Positions 26,601 to 39,995 of a stretch of DNA of 64,000 bases are shown piece by piece; positions within the stretch are counted from its first letter, which is position 1; each line of letters starts with the position of its first letter. The DNA is taken from the NCBI GenBank assembly GCA_052426225.1, contig JBNJNM010000012.1, positions 1,612,001-1,676,000 of the forward strand, in the 5' to 3' direction. Origin of the DNA: Zancudomyces culisetae HAW-14-8. Its lineage: Eukaryota; Fungi; Kickxellomycota. A program made the translations under genes and the position numbers. The notes beneath the pieces were generated by a model. The model was not told the DNA's origin. It searched no databases and was given only the letters and a program-made list of their open reading frames with translations.

Positions 26601-29600
26601 TATACTAGATTGCCCAATCGTATTGAGTACCTCTAGCTTACACCCTGACTCCTCCATCAAATACACCCTCGACTCTTGGCTGTACAGAAGAGGCTCTACT
26701 ATCTCTGCACCGAAGCCCTTGACAATTTCTAAAAGATTTTGTACGTACTGTGGCTCTATTTCGCCTTCATTTCCATTTGCTGTAAAAGTATAATTACCCT
26801 CAACGTTATACTTGTCGCTTTGTGTATGCTCTGTCTTGGTAAACCGATTATTCTGCTGTTGGTTTTGGTTTTGGTTTTGGTTTTGGTTTTGGTTTTGGTT
26901 TTGGTTGCGTGTATCAGGATTCTTATTTGGTGACTTTAAATTCACACTACTATCCGCCATTCCTCTGCCAAATTCTTCTATAATACCATCGATTTTTAGT
27001 TTATAGCTTTCGATCAGCTTCACAACTAGTGCAGTTATAAGTTCGGTTGGTTTTAATGGTAAGAATGACCAAATAGTTAAAATCGCATTTTTCATTTGCT
27101 CGATGTTTTCGGCCGGTTTTCCCAACTGGCTAGAAATAATTGTTGTTACCAACTCAATAGCCAATTTTTTGCATTCAACCAAGACTTCAATAGATTCATC
27201 CACAACCATTCTTTTAGCCGCACTATAAAAATCATTGTATTCCCTTAAAGTATCATCACCAACATTTGGACTTTTACCAACTTTGAAATCTTGAAGTAGT
27301 GAAGCTTCGGATATATCATGACCACCACACTCTAATATTTGCCTTATCCTTTTCTGGCCTTGTTGCTTTCTTGCCTCTGCACATGCCAAGGACAATCTCT
27401 TGATTTTGGGGTCTATAGATGATAGATTTTGTATTCTCTTCTTTTTCACACTCTTCAGCTCTACTATAACCAGGGAATCATCTAGTGTCTCCTCGGCATT
27501 GTGTAAATTCTCAGTTAAGATGATCAAGAGAACGAATAGACACTGCAAATATCGCTTGGACGACTTAACCAGCCCGTCACAATTTTCGTCTTCAAACATC
27601 AACTCAACCAACTCTCTCAACACCAAGCATCTAATGTCATCTTCAGTCTCTGGATGAAGTAGAAGGTCCAAAATAACCTGTATTGGCTCGAAATATGTTA
27701 TTTTTTTACTGGGAAATAGTGCTAGGAGCTGTCCGCTATCTTGTTCATAGCGCATACTTCCCGACATGGATCGCTGCAGCACTCGCATGCCTTTATTGGG
27801 TGCCGTCTTAGCATCCGAGTATTCTCGCTGCTCTTCGCTATAAATAATGTTGATAATTGCCAAAAGGTTGGCTTGGTCGCCTGTAGCAATCGACATGGTT
27901 AGCAAACTGTAATATAGCGGCTTGGTTAACCTATCAACATTCTTTGCAGCAAGAGATAATGTTTTGTTTAACTCGTGGTGTCCGAAATTTAACAATGTCT
28001 CATCCGAGGCGCTAATGTTTGTGATTGTTTTAGCCAGCTTAAACGCCATTGTGCTTATCCTGTACTCTCCGCTTGCAGTGCCAAAACCAGCTCCCGAGTT
28101 TTTTTCACACAGCGTAAACAATAACATTGATAGATTTAAAAGATTGGATACCAATAGGTCGCCTATACTCCAAGTCTTCAAAATACGACATATCAATTCA
28201 AACCCATTACCACCTGTAGGGCTGCAGAAGTTTGCAGCCAACGCTACGGCCTCTTTAGTTCCATCGCTAAAGCATCTAAATAATACTTGGATCAGCTCCT
28301 TAGTATGAATCGGATCTTTATCGTGACAGTATAGTATATGTCCTGATAGTTCGTTCATTTCTTTGTTGGTTATATTTCTAGCCTCAATGCCCGTACTTCT
28401 TAACGACTTTGATGAAACCATACCTCCTTTTGCGTCGTTATTGCCATGCCCCTGGCTCAATACTAGTTCAAAAGCCTTTAAAAACACACTGCGTATCCTC
28501 TTTATATCATCTAAATTTCCCAACCCCAGTTTGTTATCTATGCTGGTTTGTTTATTGCACAGCTTTAGTGCAACATCTGAGTGTGGTGGAACAAATATCG
28601 ACTCACTCACTTCTTCACTCATGGTCACGCTATCATAGCTGTAGTAATCCCTTAGTGTTGTCAAAAACCACTGTACTCTGTTCACCACTACAGGGATCTC
28701 AAGACTACTTTTGAGTGAAATCCCAAACTTTTCCAGCTGAGGATATATCCCAGCTTGGTCACTTTTACTGTAGAAACCTCCACTAGATAGTTGCTGGCGT
28801 TCCTCGTCGCTGGCTTGACCTTCACATGTTACTATTTGGGGATACATGCATCCATTTGTGTTTTTGCCATATATTGCGTTTGATTTGTTAAAAAACTTTC
28901 CAGCCTTGACTCCGTTATACACAAATGTTGCATATGCTAGTTGAGTGTCATATGATGTTTGTCTCCATAACCCTACATTTAACACCATTGAGTGATACAA
29001 ACTATTGAGAACAATATAATAATATTCATCCAGATTTCCACTAGCTATATACATGCTTTCTAAGGCATTCATAATGTCTTCCAACGCAGCAACAGTTAAT
29101 GGTGTTACCGTTTTGTTTATTTTGTGCGAGTTTTGCGTCAACAGGTGAACAAATAACCGGAATGGACTCTCCTGTATGTTTGACCACTGGTAAATTTCGT
29201 GGTTGCTTCTGATTACTACATTTCCTATCATTCTCAGGATTTTCGCAACAGGATCTCCTTTTGATATCTTTTTGTTGGGATGTTGTGCTTTATTGCCATC
29301 ACTTGTAAAAATCTTCACCAAGTCTCTTGGTCTAAACATGATGATCAAAAAGCTTAATATATCATGACCTCCAAGCGTTTTCAAACTGTTCAACAGTGAG
29401 TTTGTTTTCACATGGAATACATTGTGTACAAAACATTTTTCTAGTGCCTGATCAGTTCCACGTCCGCTTAACTCTTCGTTTATAGTAGAGTAGTGTAAAG
29501 ATATCGACTGTGCCCAACCCAGCACACTGAGATCGCCACATGTTGACTCGTTGACGTTGATTAAGTCTGGCTGTAAACATAGCAAAAGTCGCTCGTTAAG

Positions 29601-32600
29601 ACTTCCGTCAAATAAAGAGTCGAATTCTTCAGGTTTCCAGCTATTTTCGCTGTCTTTTATAGTTCGTTGTCCATCTTTCCTGGATTCTGGGTTGATTTTT
29701 GAGTATAAAAAATCCAAATACCCAGTATTCGAAGTCAAAAACTGTTTCTTGAGCCCTTCAAACCGAGTAGATAGATAAGGTCCTAGTTTGTGCCATGTAG
29801 CTACTTTATTCTCTTCAATTTTACCTTCAAACATCCAGAACGATGACATAACTCCTCTGAAGCAGCTATTTAAGCTATACTCACTTTGTTTTTGTAAAAA
29901 ACACGATAGCCGAGATTGAATGTTAATTTTGCTATTACTGGTGTGGGAATTGTCACCAAAAGTAACACTTGTCCCGATACTCAGCAAGGAAAAGCATCCA
30001 TTGTTCATAAACTCTATCGAACTCGAATGTGCTAATTTTCCGTTTATGTGTATGACCAGCGATGGCACAGTCCCCGATGTCCAGCTTTTCTTTGGTGCTG
30101 AATAAGAAAGTGCAAAACTGTACCAGCTATCAGGATTCACCAAAGTATCTACACAAACTATGGTTGATGTGTCGCGTGTTTTATGTAAATAGATTTTGAT
30201 TTCAATCCACGACTTCCCTGGCTCGTAAACTACGCTTAACGAATCTCCATCAGGACTAACAAGCTTTACAAGTGTCTGCGTGATATTTTTCATATTAACA
30301 GGTCCCAACGTGCTTGCAGTCTTCGTCCCTTCATTCTTTGAGCTTGAACAATTCCTTTTTACTTTAAACCAAAACAACATCCCAAATCCCTTGGGGCTTA
30401 GTCTTTTAAATACAGGATAAACTAATCCAGATTCGCATCCACTAAACTCAAAAAGCGACCTAGTTTTACTTTTTACCAGGCCCTCGTTAAAGGCCTTCAT
30501 TATCAATCTTTTCAATTCTAAACTTCCACCTGGCAATTTCCTTATTTGCTCTTTTAACTTGCCACTATCTCTTTTTTTGTCAAAACTATCCCTGCTCTCA
30601 TATTTATGGTTTACGAGCAGATCAAAAAACAGCCGCAATTCGTTTGGTTGACAACTATATCCCCACATCATTGCTATAAACTCGGATGTACTTGTTATAA
30701 AATAGTGATATTTTTCTACATCTTCAATTTCCTTCAACGATTCCAAAACCAAGAATGGCAGTTTCGATTCTGACCAATCCTGAAGAGCTCTGGGACTTGA
30801 GTTTATTAAACCTCCAATTTGTTTAATTACCCTATGCTTATCATCAATCGAAAGTGTACCGTACAGCTCTTCAACCAACCCCTTTTGAAAACCCATAGTT
30901 CCTTTATATTCAGTACCTTTGTACGTACATCTCTCTAAAAGCATCAATTCAATCAATTTCTTTATGATTTTCTGATTTTCGCAGATCCTAAACTTTGTAC
31001 ATACATGCTTCAACTCTCTTGTACATCTTATAAATTGCCGCCTGATCGCCTTTCGGTGGTCTGTAAAAGATTCCTTGCTATTCTCAGCGATTGTTTTACA
31101 CATTACTGCAATCTTCTCTAAAACACCGAGTGAATTTCCGAACGCGGTGTCTAAATAATCAACATCGTATCTTCCGGTGTCACTGCACCCGACAATTCTT
31201 ATGTGAATTCCCTCAAGCTTTACCAGCTGAGCAAATGCCAATAATATCTTATTCCGCACAAATAAATTGCAAACATAAGTAAATAAAACTGGATGTTGAA
31301 TCCAGTTAATTGTAGACTCCAGCGCATCTAGCAGTGGTTTCATATAGTCATAATATTTATCTAGTCCAACTAAACTCTGAGCTGCATTAAGTACATGTAT
31401 GTAATGGTTTGATGCAATCAAAATACTGGAAATCAACGAGCGTATCCATTCTACCAAAGTCCCAGTTATTACTTCGCATTCCAGAATGATATTTTGGTTA
31501 TACGAATGTTGACTAAGAGAAAATGCTTGTCCTAATCTCCCTAACAATACGTTCAAAGTACCAAAAAGCAGCTTGATTGCTATTTGATCCACATCGCTCT
31601 CGAACCCCGCAATCAACCAGTTTGGAGTCAGCAATCCATACATCTGTGCCTGTAGACTATCTGGCTCATTCGAGATACTCAGTATTGCATTTGTATTGCA
31701 TTTCTTTCCATTTGTTAAAAAATTTAGCTGTTCTAGTTCGCTGGTTAAATTTTTAGTGAACTCTCCTTGCTCGCTCGTATTAATTCCATATTCATATTTA
31801 AGATGCTCTAGTATGGATAGCATAAATAAAAGCGCAGTTCTTTTCAATGTAGTGGTAAGGTTAAAAATAACAGTATTACCATCACTAAATTCTCTTTTCG
31901 CACCGATATCAGCCTCCATCACTTTGCAATTTTCCAAAGTATTATAATGCAACAAGTTTACCAAAAGTTGAGTATATCCCAGATTTTTTATATGTTCAAT
32001 GACGGTGTGTGGCTCGCTTTCAAACCATTTTCCAGTAGCTTCAATCGAACAGGTCGCTAATTTCAGCATAGCTTCATATTCCCCGACTTGTCTACTCATA
32101 TGTTTTCCGTTGGTATACTTTTCAGATAATGCCAGCGATCCAACCAAGCCTGCAATAACACTTATGCCAAACACATCACTACTTTCTCGAGATATTATCT
32201 TACTTTTGTCTACAAGTATTGCTATTTCAACTGCTAAATTGTATCCCATGTACACCATCTTCTTGATGTCATTAGTTTCGAATAATATCTCGCCAACCCG
32301 GGTTGAAAATAAAACAGCCCACATGTTTCTATTCATTACCATTTTCATAGCCATCAGATTTCCACGTTTGGCTAATGCCACACTCTCTTGACACATCTCA
32401 ACAGTCAACTCACAAATTTCGCCAACCTCTATAGGTGTGTAAACAACATGTTGTTCTTCAATACATCCGATCCATATTTTTTCTAATCCTACCAAAGCTA
32501 TTTCTAACTTTTTCTTCACTTCGTCTTCGTTATCACAAGTTTGTCTCTTGACCCATTCGACTAAATATTTGCTCATAAAAGCGAATAAAGTTCTATATTC

Positions 32601-33723
32601 AGAGTCTAATAGCTGTTCTTTTCCAAGTGATGATGAGCTGCTATCGTGGCATCGCTCCTCGCTGACACTGATTAACTCATATTCCAATAAGTGTATATTA
32701 TCTCCCGATTCTTGTAACCTGTCTGGGAAACCACAAACTGAAATCCCTATTGATTTCACCCATATGCTCTCCACAAGTGCCTTGGCCTTTTCTAAAGTGG
32801 CCCTACGTAAATTAACCCCCACTTTAAAACAATTCACGATTTCTAGTACTAAGGCCCATGCCATATATGTATATTCTGCCTCCTCTCCCTCAAGCAAAGA
32901 GATAATTGCGTCTACACTTTTTTCTACATATTCATGGTACCATTTAATATCCTCATTCGCCGTGGATTTTTTTACATCCAAACCATCCCTAAACGCCTGT
33001 CTCAATGTATCGATTCTAGTTTTTAAATTTGACCCTATTCGCGCGCTTTTGTGGTTATACATTCTACTTTTAAATTTTATTTCAATTTTAACCACCTCAA
33101 GCAACTGTAAAAATAAAGTCCCATCATATAATACCCCCTTTTGCGTATTTCTCACATCAAGCTTGTTATTTGCAATATCTTTATCCCTCGTATCATATTT
33201 TTCCCTTTTGCTATTATCTGCCCTTTTTATACATTTAAAAAGCTGCTCGATATTCTTTTGGATATTATTCAAATTGACCTTAGAGTCTTCTTTGGCATTT
33301 TGTCTAGTGCTTTTTTTATTTTCCTGTGTTTCTGTCCTTGATTCTTTGCAATATCCTCCCCCACTCTTTATTATATCTATCAAGTCCGCCACTTCTTTTT
33401 CATTGCTTTTTATTTCAGAATCGTTACAAATGTATTGTTTAGCTTCGGTATCGACCTCTACCGAGTCTTCTCTGGTGGTTTGATGCTCCTTTGCGTTCTA
33501 TGAAGTAAGTACTGAGCTTTAGTATCCGTTTTTTGAACAAAAGTAGTCTAATGCAAGAAGCTGTAACCATAAAATACAAGTCTGTCATAACTCAAATAGC
33601 TAGGATTTCTCAAAATGTCTTTTATTTAAGGAATCCTACTTCAGTGTACTAGCTTACCCGAATTTCGCTCTTTAGGCTCCTGGCTCCTTTCGGCATATCC
33701 TCCGTAATCAATATTTTTTTCAT
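20685..33723 (-). CDS. Giant BEACH-domain protein (neurobeachin/NBEAL/LYST family; ConA-like, PH-BEACH and degenerate WD40), ~4290 aa. Exons 33723-33658 and 33497-20685
   Basis: BEACH motifs [61 protein letters not shown] and NFGMTPIQLF; PH motif TAIEVFF. The track ORF starts at GTG. A 66-nt ATG exon with GTAAGC donor and TAG acceptor joins it in frame. Confidence 0.93.
25646..25690. repeat. (TTTGTG)n hexanucleotide microsatellite encoding a QT repeat in the BEACH protein
   Basis: Read directly; translates as QTQTQTQTQTQTQT on the minus strand. Confidence 0.9.
26857..26906. repeat. (TTTTGG)n hexanucleotide microsatellite encoding an NQ repeat in the BEACH protein
   Basis: Read directly; translates as NQNQNQNQNQNQNQNQ on the minus strand. 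Confidence 0.9.
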
Positions 33724-35067
33724 TACTCTAAATATCCCTATCCTATATATCCTAGTATACAAAAGCAGGCTGTCCTGCTTAATAAATGAGTATATCTAGT
33801 TCTCTAAATGGCTGTTTGAAGTGTTGACCAATTCAACAGTTTGTAGCCGTCTTGCGGTATTTTTATTTATTGTATTTTTTTTTTCGTTTAAAGCATCTGT
33901 GCCTCGTGCAACTTTTCAATTGTTACCAAATGTCACTTGTTTATTTTTTGGGACGCAGGAACAAGAATGGCTGTCAACCTTATTCATTGGGTCATACACA
34001 CTCAATTAAATTTCAGTATTCGCAATTTTACCATGGTTTGCATGGGATCATCAGTGAGCGAACCCACACCGAGACTCAGCAATCCTAAAGATAATTCGTG
34101 CAATTGTGTACAGTGTGAAATATACTGAAAAACTAGCTTAAGTGTTGGGTGTTAAATAGTTGGCAGTAATTTGCAGAACAAACAGACGTTTCAAAGATTT
34201 TCATTAATCTAGAGACATGCACTGCGTATGCATTGCGTTTATTCGTATTAAATATATTTTGTGATTTAAAGAAAGCAGAAAAAAAGTGATAAATATGTAG
34301 GATATTGTTATTACTCGGTTATTGATTTTGGTATAAAGGCGAGTTTGCAAAATATAACAATTGAAAATACTGTTGCAGCACCATATAAACTCTGCCAAAC
34401 CCCTGTATTTTGTTGAATACTGACACCCCACCCTCCTTCTCCTTCTCCTCTTCCATCTCCTCCTGGAATACAGCTGGTAGTATGCCAAAAATATGTCTTG
34501 AGGCAGTTTGAGCTATACATTGGGTTATGGCATTGTGTTTTCTCTTCACCAAATCATTTAAATTGGTCTTTGTTTTATGCATCAGAGACAAAATGATAAA
34601 CCCAAACATAAACTTTTGACTAGATGATGTATTTTCATGGATTGCTAGAGTGAGCATGACTTTGATCATATATTGATATTTGTACTAGACATACCTCAAG
34701 TTAATCCACGGAGTTAAATAAGTATTATAATTATTACAACAGTACAAATACTTTAAATTCCGTATTTACTATCAATAATAGGAGGTTATCCTCCCAAAAA
34801 AATTAAACCATCAAAGCCATGGATTGCCAGAATATAGCGCATTTTCAATCAAGATATAAACAAGTACAACTTTATTAGCTTTAAAACAGTACATGGTGCC
34901 ATGCTTTATAAGGTTTTACACATTCTACTTTTCAATAGAGCTCATGAAGCGGTGGCAAAAGATGGCAAGTAAATCCCCCGCTTGATTCATGAGCGACTAA
35001 AAATAGCAACCCGAAACTAGAAAATAAAAAGGAGAGTAGAGATAATTCGATTCCACCCCAGCACCCC

Positions 35068-35706
35068 TCAAGCGTCACCAGGCCTTCGTGCATTGCAAGC
35101 CACGATCTTAATCTTATCAGTTGTGATGGTTTCATGCTCAAATCTAAAGGTGGGGTTCCTTATAATAAAGGTCCACACATCATCACAAAAACGGTACGTT
35201 TTCAGATTTCCCTATTTTTGCAATGTTTTTGTTTTCATTCCGTCTTGGGTATTACTATATTTTCTTTGTGAGTGCATTTTTCACAACAATGATTTGAAAA
35301 ACTAGACTGAATTCACATGGAAATTAAGTAAGCAATTTAATAGAAGAGACGCGTACCTTCAGAGTGGCTCTTGCCTTTACTTTGTTTGTTAGTGCTTCTG
35401 CAATACTTTTATCAAACTATTTATTAGCAAAAAACTATGTTTAGATTCACTTTAAAAAATCAAAATTAGAACAGAGGGCCATCCACGCATGTTTGATCCC
35501 ACTAGTACTAAACACGCCTCTGCTCAAAGATAAAAATATAAACGCATCCCAAAAAAATAGGAAAAAGTACAAATCGTTTTTACCTGTAACAAGACGCGAA
35601 TGGCTAACTGTGGAGAAATATGACCCGCCCTTATCAATTCATCTAGGGAATCTGTTAAGGCAAACCCTAACGAACTAGATCGGTACAATTCATAGTATTG
35701 TGTCAT
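35068..35706 (-). CDS. TOA2: Transcription initiation factor IIA gamma (small) subunit. Exons 35706-35584, 35416-35357, 35211-35068
   Basis: Spliced translation [78 protein letters not shown]...KIKIVACN contains the classic TFIIA-gamma signatures. Both introns are phase-0 GT-AG. Confidence 0.96.
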
Positions 35707-37915
35707 GTGTATATATGCGAGTTTATCGAGTGAAATTTGTTGTCTTTTGATCCCAAATGAATGAATATTCAAATGTATTTGAAAATATAAAATATATTAG
35801 TTAAACACAAACATTTCATTTCGGGCGGATTTGGTCTTTTTCAAGTAAATTCTGCAAGGATAGCGTAATTGCATATTATTTTCACAAAAATTTATTCTAG
35901 CTCTAATCTTGTCTCAGCTTTGTTCTGGAGCGCAATTTGTTAAATGTGTATATGAACTAGCCAATGATAATATCTGAATTGTTGAGTTAAACGAATCATG
36001 TCTATAATTGGACAAAAACTACAATCCCGTTCATTTGCTCACCACGATTTAATACTTCACCATTTCATAACTTGAGAAGCATATTTTTGTTAAGATACGC
36101 CTTGCCGAACTTAATACCACCATCTGTTCTAGCAAAGGCACGTGTCTTAGCATAGAGGCATTATTATTTTGTGTTTCAGGATATTTAAAGCTTTTGTCTG
36201 AACGAGAAAAATTGAACCCTGTATGCACCGATTTATTTTTGTTTATTCTTAGCAACAAATGCTCAGCCCAACACCCGCCTTAACATCCAGCAATTTTGTG
36301 TAATAGTGAGATTGAAATGCTCAATATTTTCTGGTATTTCGATTTAAAAATCCAACTTTAATCTGTAAAGAAGCTGTGTGGAAAAACCCAGCAAAGCACA
36401 ATAACAAAGGACTAGGAGGCTTGTATCTCTATTGAAGAAGGATATAGCATCTCCTCACAGTTGCTGATTAGATTGCTGCTTCTATTTACCGATATCTATA
36501 CCGAACACTGCTGGTATAATTAATTTAATATCTGTCTTATTTACTTTAATTTTAAACACACCTACTACACTGAGTACTTTACATTCGCTAAACCCTACAC
36601 TGAACAAATGGGGTGAAAAAAAGATAATAGAACTACAGATAGGAAACTGCTTAAAACCAATTGTACAAGATACAGATGTCCCCGTTTGGCTGTCTCTTTT
36701 TTTTTTGCCCCTTGGGCCGTTCAAATAGCATGAAGCAAAATCATGGTAAATGAAGACAGAGGTAGGAAAATGCTCGAATATCCCGCTCATACATGTGCTC
36801 TGAATAATTCACTCAAAGCTTTGTAAAGCTGCCATCACCCTTAGGAACCAGTGTGGTTTTTTTTAAAAAGAGAAATTAAATTAATATAATCTGAAAAGAA
36901 GTGTTGCCTTGACCAATCGTATCGAGACATTTTGATGAAGATACGCTGCTAATACGCTTGAAGATAGTGCTAGTTATCTTTCATCGCACGTCTGTGGTTC
37001 ACTGGATATATCAGAACTATCAAATACAGTTTTGTTATATTTTCTTGTTTCCTCCTTTTTGGTGTAATTTGACCGTAGATGAGGAGGTTGTTAAGTGGGC
37101 CTTTGTTTTTTATTTCATTTTTTATTGATTAGGTAAAGTGGGTAATGCATTTTGGTTTACAAAAATTGCGTAAATTTACTAAACAAACTAGAGTGACCCT
37201 TTGAAAATCCAACTAACAATGCACGAAATTGAACCAAAAAAAACATGGATTCATAACTGTTTGCTCTGTTTTTATTCTCAGCTGCAATAAAAAAAGCATA
37301 CAAAGTTGGTGCGGTTTTCCATCGACCTCCATTTCCCAAACTTACATTTCTGTTCATAGGACCAAAATTTTGTTTTGTTTGCGCTTTTTACGTTCTTTCT
37401 AGCAGCTCCCACAAAGGTACTAATATATCTGAATTTAAACTGAATTTACTCGGCTCTCATAGGTAACGTAGATTTATACAAGCAGTAACATACTGAAAAT
37501 ATATCCCAAGAAAACTCAAAATATGAGGAGTTCTTTGTAGATATATAGGAATAACTGTGGAGCATATTCGCCTTTAGAAGCATTTGGTTAACGAGATCCG
37601 AATCTTTGTTTTTCAATAATATAAAGTTACAAACGGCACTTTTTCTTTTGACCGTCGTCAAATAATTTTATCAGAGAATCCACAATAATATATGAATTAA
37701 ACAGACTGGGCCGAATAACAAAAATACAAAAAAAAACCCAATTTCGATTTCTAATCAAAATTAAAGCTATAAAAGGCTACAAAAAAGTAAAGGGGAAAAA
37801 ACAAATAAAAAGGGTACATTTATAAAAAAAAGAGTCAAAAAGTATTATATTAAACTTTTATTAATAGGGGTTTAGCGAAAAGAAAAGAAAAGAAACTGGA
37901 TTTGAATAAGCTTTT

Positions 37916-39995
37916 ATGAACAGCGAAAATAAAGGGGCCTGTAATTACGAAAAAGACAGTACACGAGAAGAGGTAGAGGCAAAGAAAAATTTCAATACTA
38001 GCAGGAAACACAAAGACAGTGAAGGTACAAGAAATACAACGACAAAAAATAACATTGGCGCTGACCACGACGAGAAACAAGCAGGTATAACAAAGGAACA
38101 AGAATTGATACCAGAATCTTCAAGCAGGACAAAAAGGAAGGAAATGGGCATTGAGCCAGAAAACACACTGAAAAGACAGAAAATGGGACTGAAACTAACA
38201 GAAGACAATGTACGGAGGCTATCAGACGGGCCAAAATCAAATTTAATTGATAAAACGGGAAAACAAAGAGAAGGGCTAAGTGATTCCAAATATAAGGATG
38301 AACAGCTTGTTAGGCTCATGCTGCAAGAGTTAAGTGAATTGGGATATGTAGACACATTTAAAATGCTGGAACAGGAGTCGGGTTACAAGCTAGAAAGCCA
38401 AACAATCCACGATTTCAAAAATGCAGTATTAGATGGCAGGTGGGAAGATGTAGAGCAACAGCTTCAAAATGTACAGCTTAACCCAAAAAACAAGAGTAAC
38501 ATGGTTTGGTTTCTAATAAAGAGGCAACAATATTTGGAGGCGATTGAGGACGGAAAAATTAGACATGCTCTGATAATATTACAAAACGAGCTTTCGCTGT
38601 GGAGCGAACACAGCAGTCAGCTACATGAGCTATCTAGAATGATCATGTGTTCGAGTGTAGAACAGATTAAAAGGGAAATGAATTGGGATGGCAAGAACGG
38701 GATATCGAGGAAACTGCTTCTTGAATCATTACAAGATTATATTCCGTCAGAGATACTACTTGGTGCGCGGAGAATGGAGACATTAATTGACCAGGCCCTA
38801 GAGTACCAATACTCCAAGTGTAAATTTCATATTACCAAAGGAAAACCCAATTTATATTATGATCACTCTTGTAAAAGGTATGAGGAGTTTGTTTGTTCAT
38901 TCATTCATTTTTTTTTTCGTTGGGTTAAAACCATTTTTAGTGTATCTGACACGAGATGCAATCACCAATACCACATAGCATCATTGTTATATTCTCTTGA
39001 ATATAACAAAATTGTTTAATGGTGGTCATAACAACACTAACGATACCAACATTATTAATACTTTTAACTTTAGGTTTCACTTTCACGAAAAAGCACAGCA
39101 CATACTACATGGGCACAAAGATGAGGTATGGTATTTGGCCTTTTCAAACATGGGTGATCGAATAGCATCAGGCTCCAAGGATAGCTCAGTTATAATTTGG
39201 AATGCCAAAACTACAAAACTGATTCATACATTGAATGGCCACGGGAATGCAATTTCAGCACTGGCATGGTCTCCGGATGACAAATACCTCCTTAGCGCCA
39301 GTAATGATATGGTTTTAAGGCTTTGGGATACGCAAACTGGTAACTTTATAAGGCAGTACGCTAGGCACACGGACTTTGTAACTGCCTGCAAATGGATGCC
39401 AGATGGCTCTTCTTTTATCTCGGGTGGTTTAGATAAGAATATGTTTATGTGGAGTGTAGAGGGGAAAATCCTGCATAGTTGGAATGTTCCACGAATACAT
39501 GACCTGTCTGTAAGTTCTGATGGAACAAAGATTTTGGTTGCTGACAATGAAAACAAAATTTTACTTTTCAACTTTGCCACCAAAACGCCCTATTCCGCTA
39601 TTAAAGAGGTATCAAACATCCTCTCTATTTCTTTTGCGCTGGATTCCAAATTTGCTCTAGTCGGAGTTCAAAATAGCCAGCTGCACCTATGGGATCTAGA
39701 AGCCCAGAGAATAATACTTACATACGATGGGCATAAGCAGGGGACCTATGTCTCTAGGTGTACGTTTGCTGCCCCTAACGAATCGCTGGTTGTGTGTGGT
39801 AGTGCCGATGGAAATGTTCATGTTTGGAGTCGTCGCTCTGGTTCTACCATTCAAGTTTTACATGGTCACAAGGGAAACGTGAACTGTTGTGCTTGGTCTT
39901 ATAGCAATAAGCATTTGTATCTGGCCACGGCTAGTGATGACCACACTGTGCGCATTTGGACATCGGCTGACTTTTGCAAAATTTTCAACTCCTAG
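37916..39995 (+). CDS. WDR26/Gid7-like LisH-CTLH-WD40 protein (GID/CTLH E3 complex). Exons 37916-38877, 39074-39995
   Basis: LisH (EQLVRLMLQELSELGY..LEQESG), CTLH (FKNAVLDGRW..FLIKRQQYLE), RRMETLIDQA..DHSC, then WD40 repeats starting GHKDEVWYLAFS. One GT-AG intron joins the two track ORFs in frame. Confidence 0.92.

Noticed and set aside
32548-33483. 311-aa plus-strand ORF
   Set aside because: Antisense shadow of the BEACH exon, with a TTG start and Ser/Leu/Phe-rich composition typical of reverse-complemented coding DNA.
34204-34669. Overlapping minus-strand ORFs between the BEACH gene and TOA2
   Set aside because: Driven by a purine-rich low-complexity tract; no domain or consistent splice structure.
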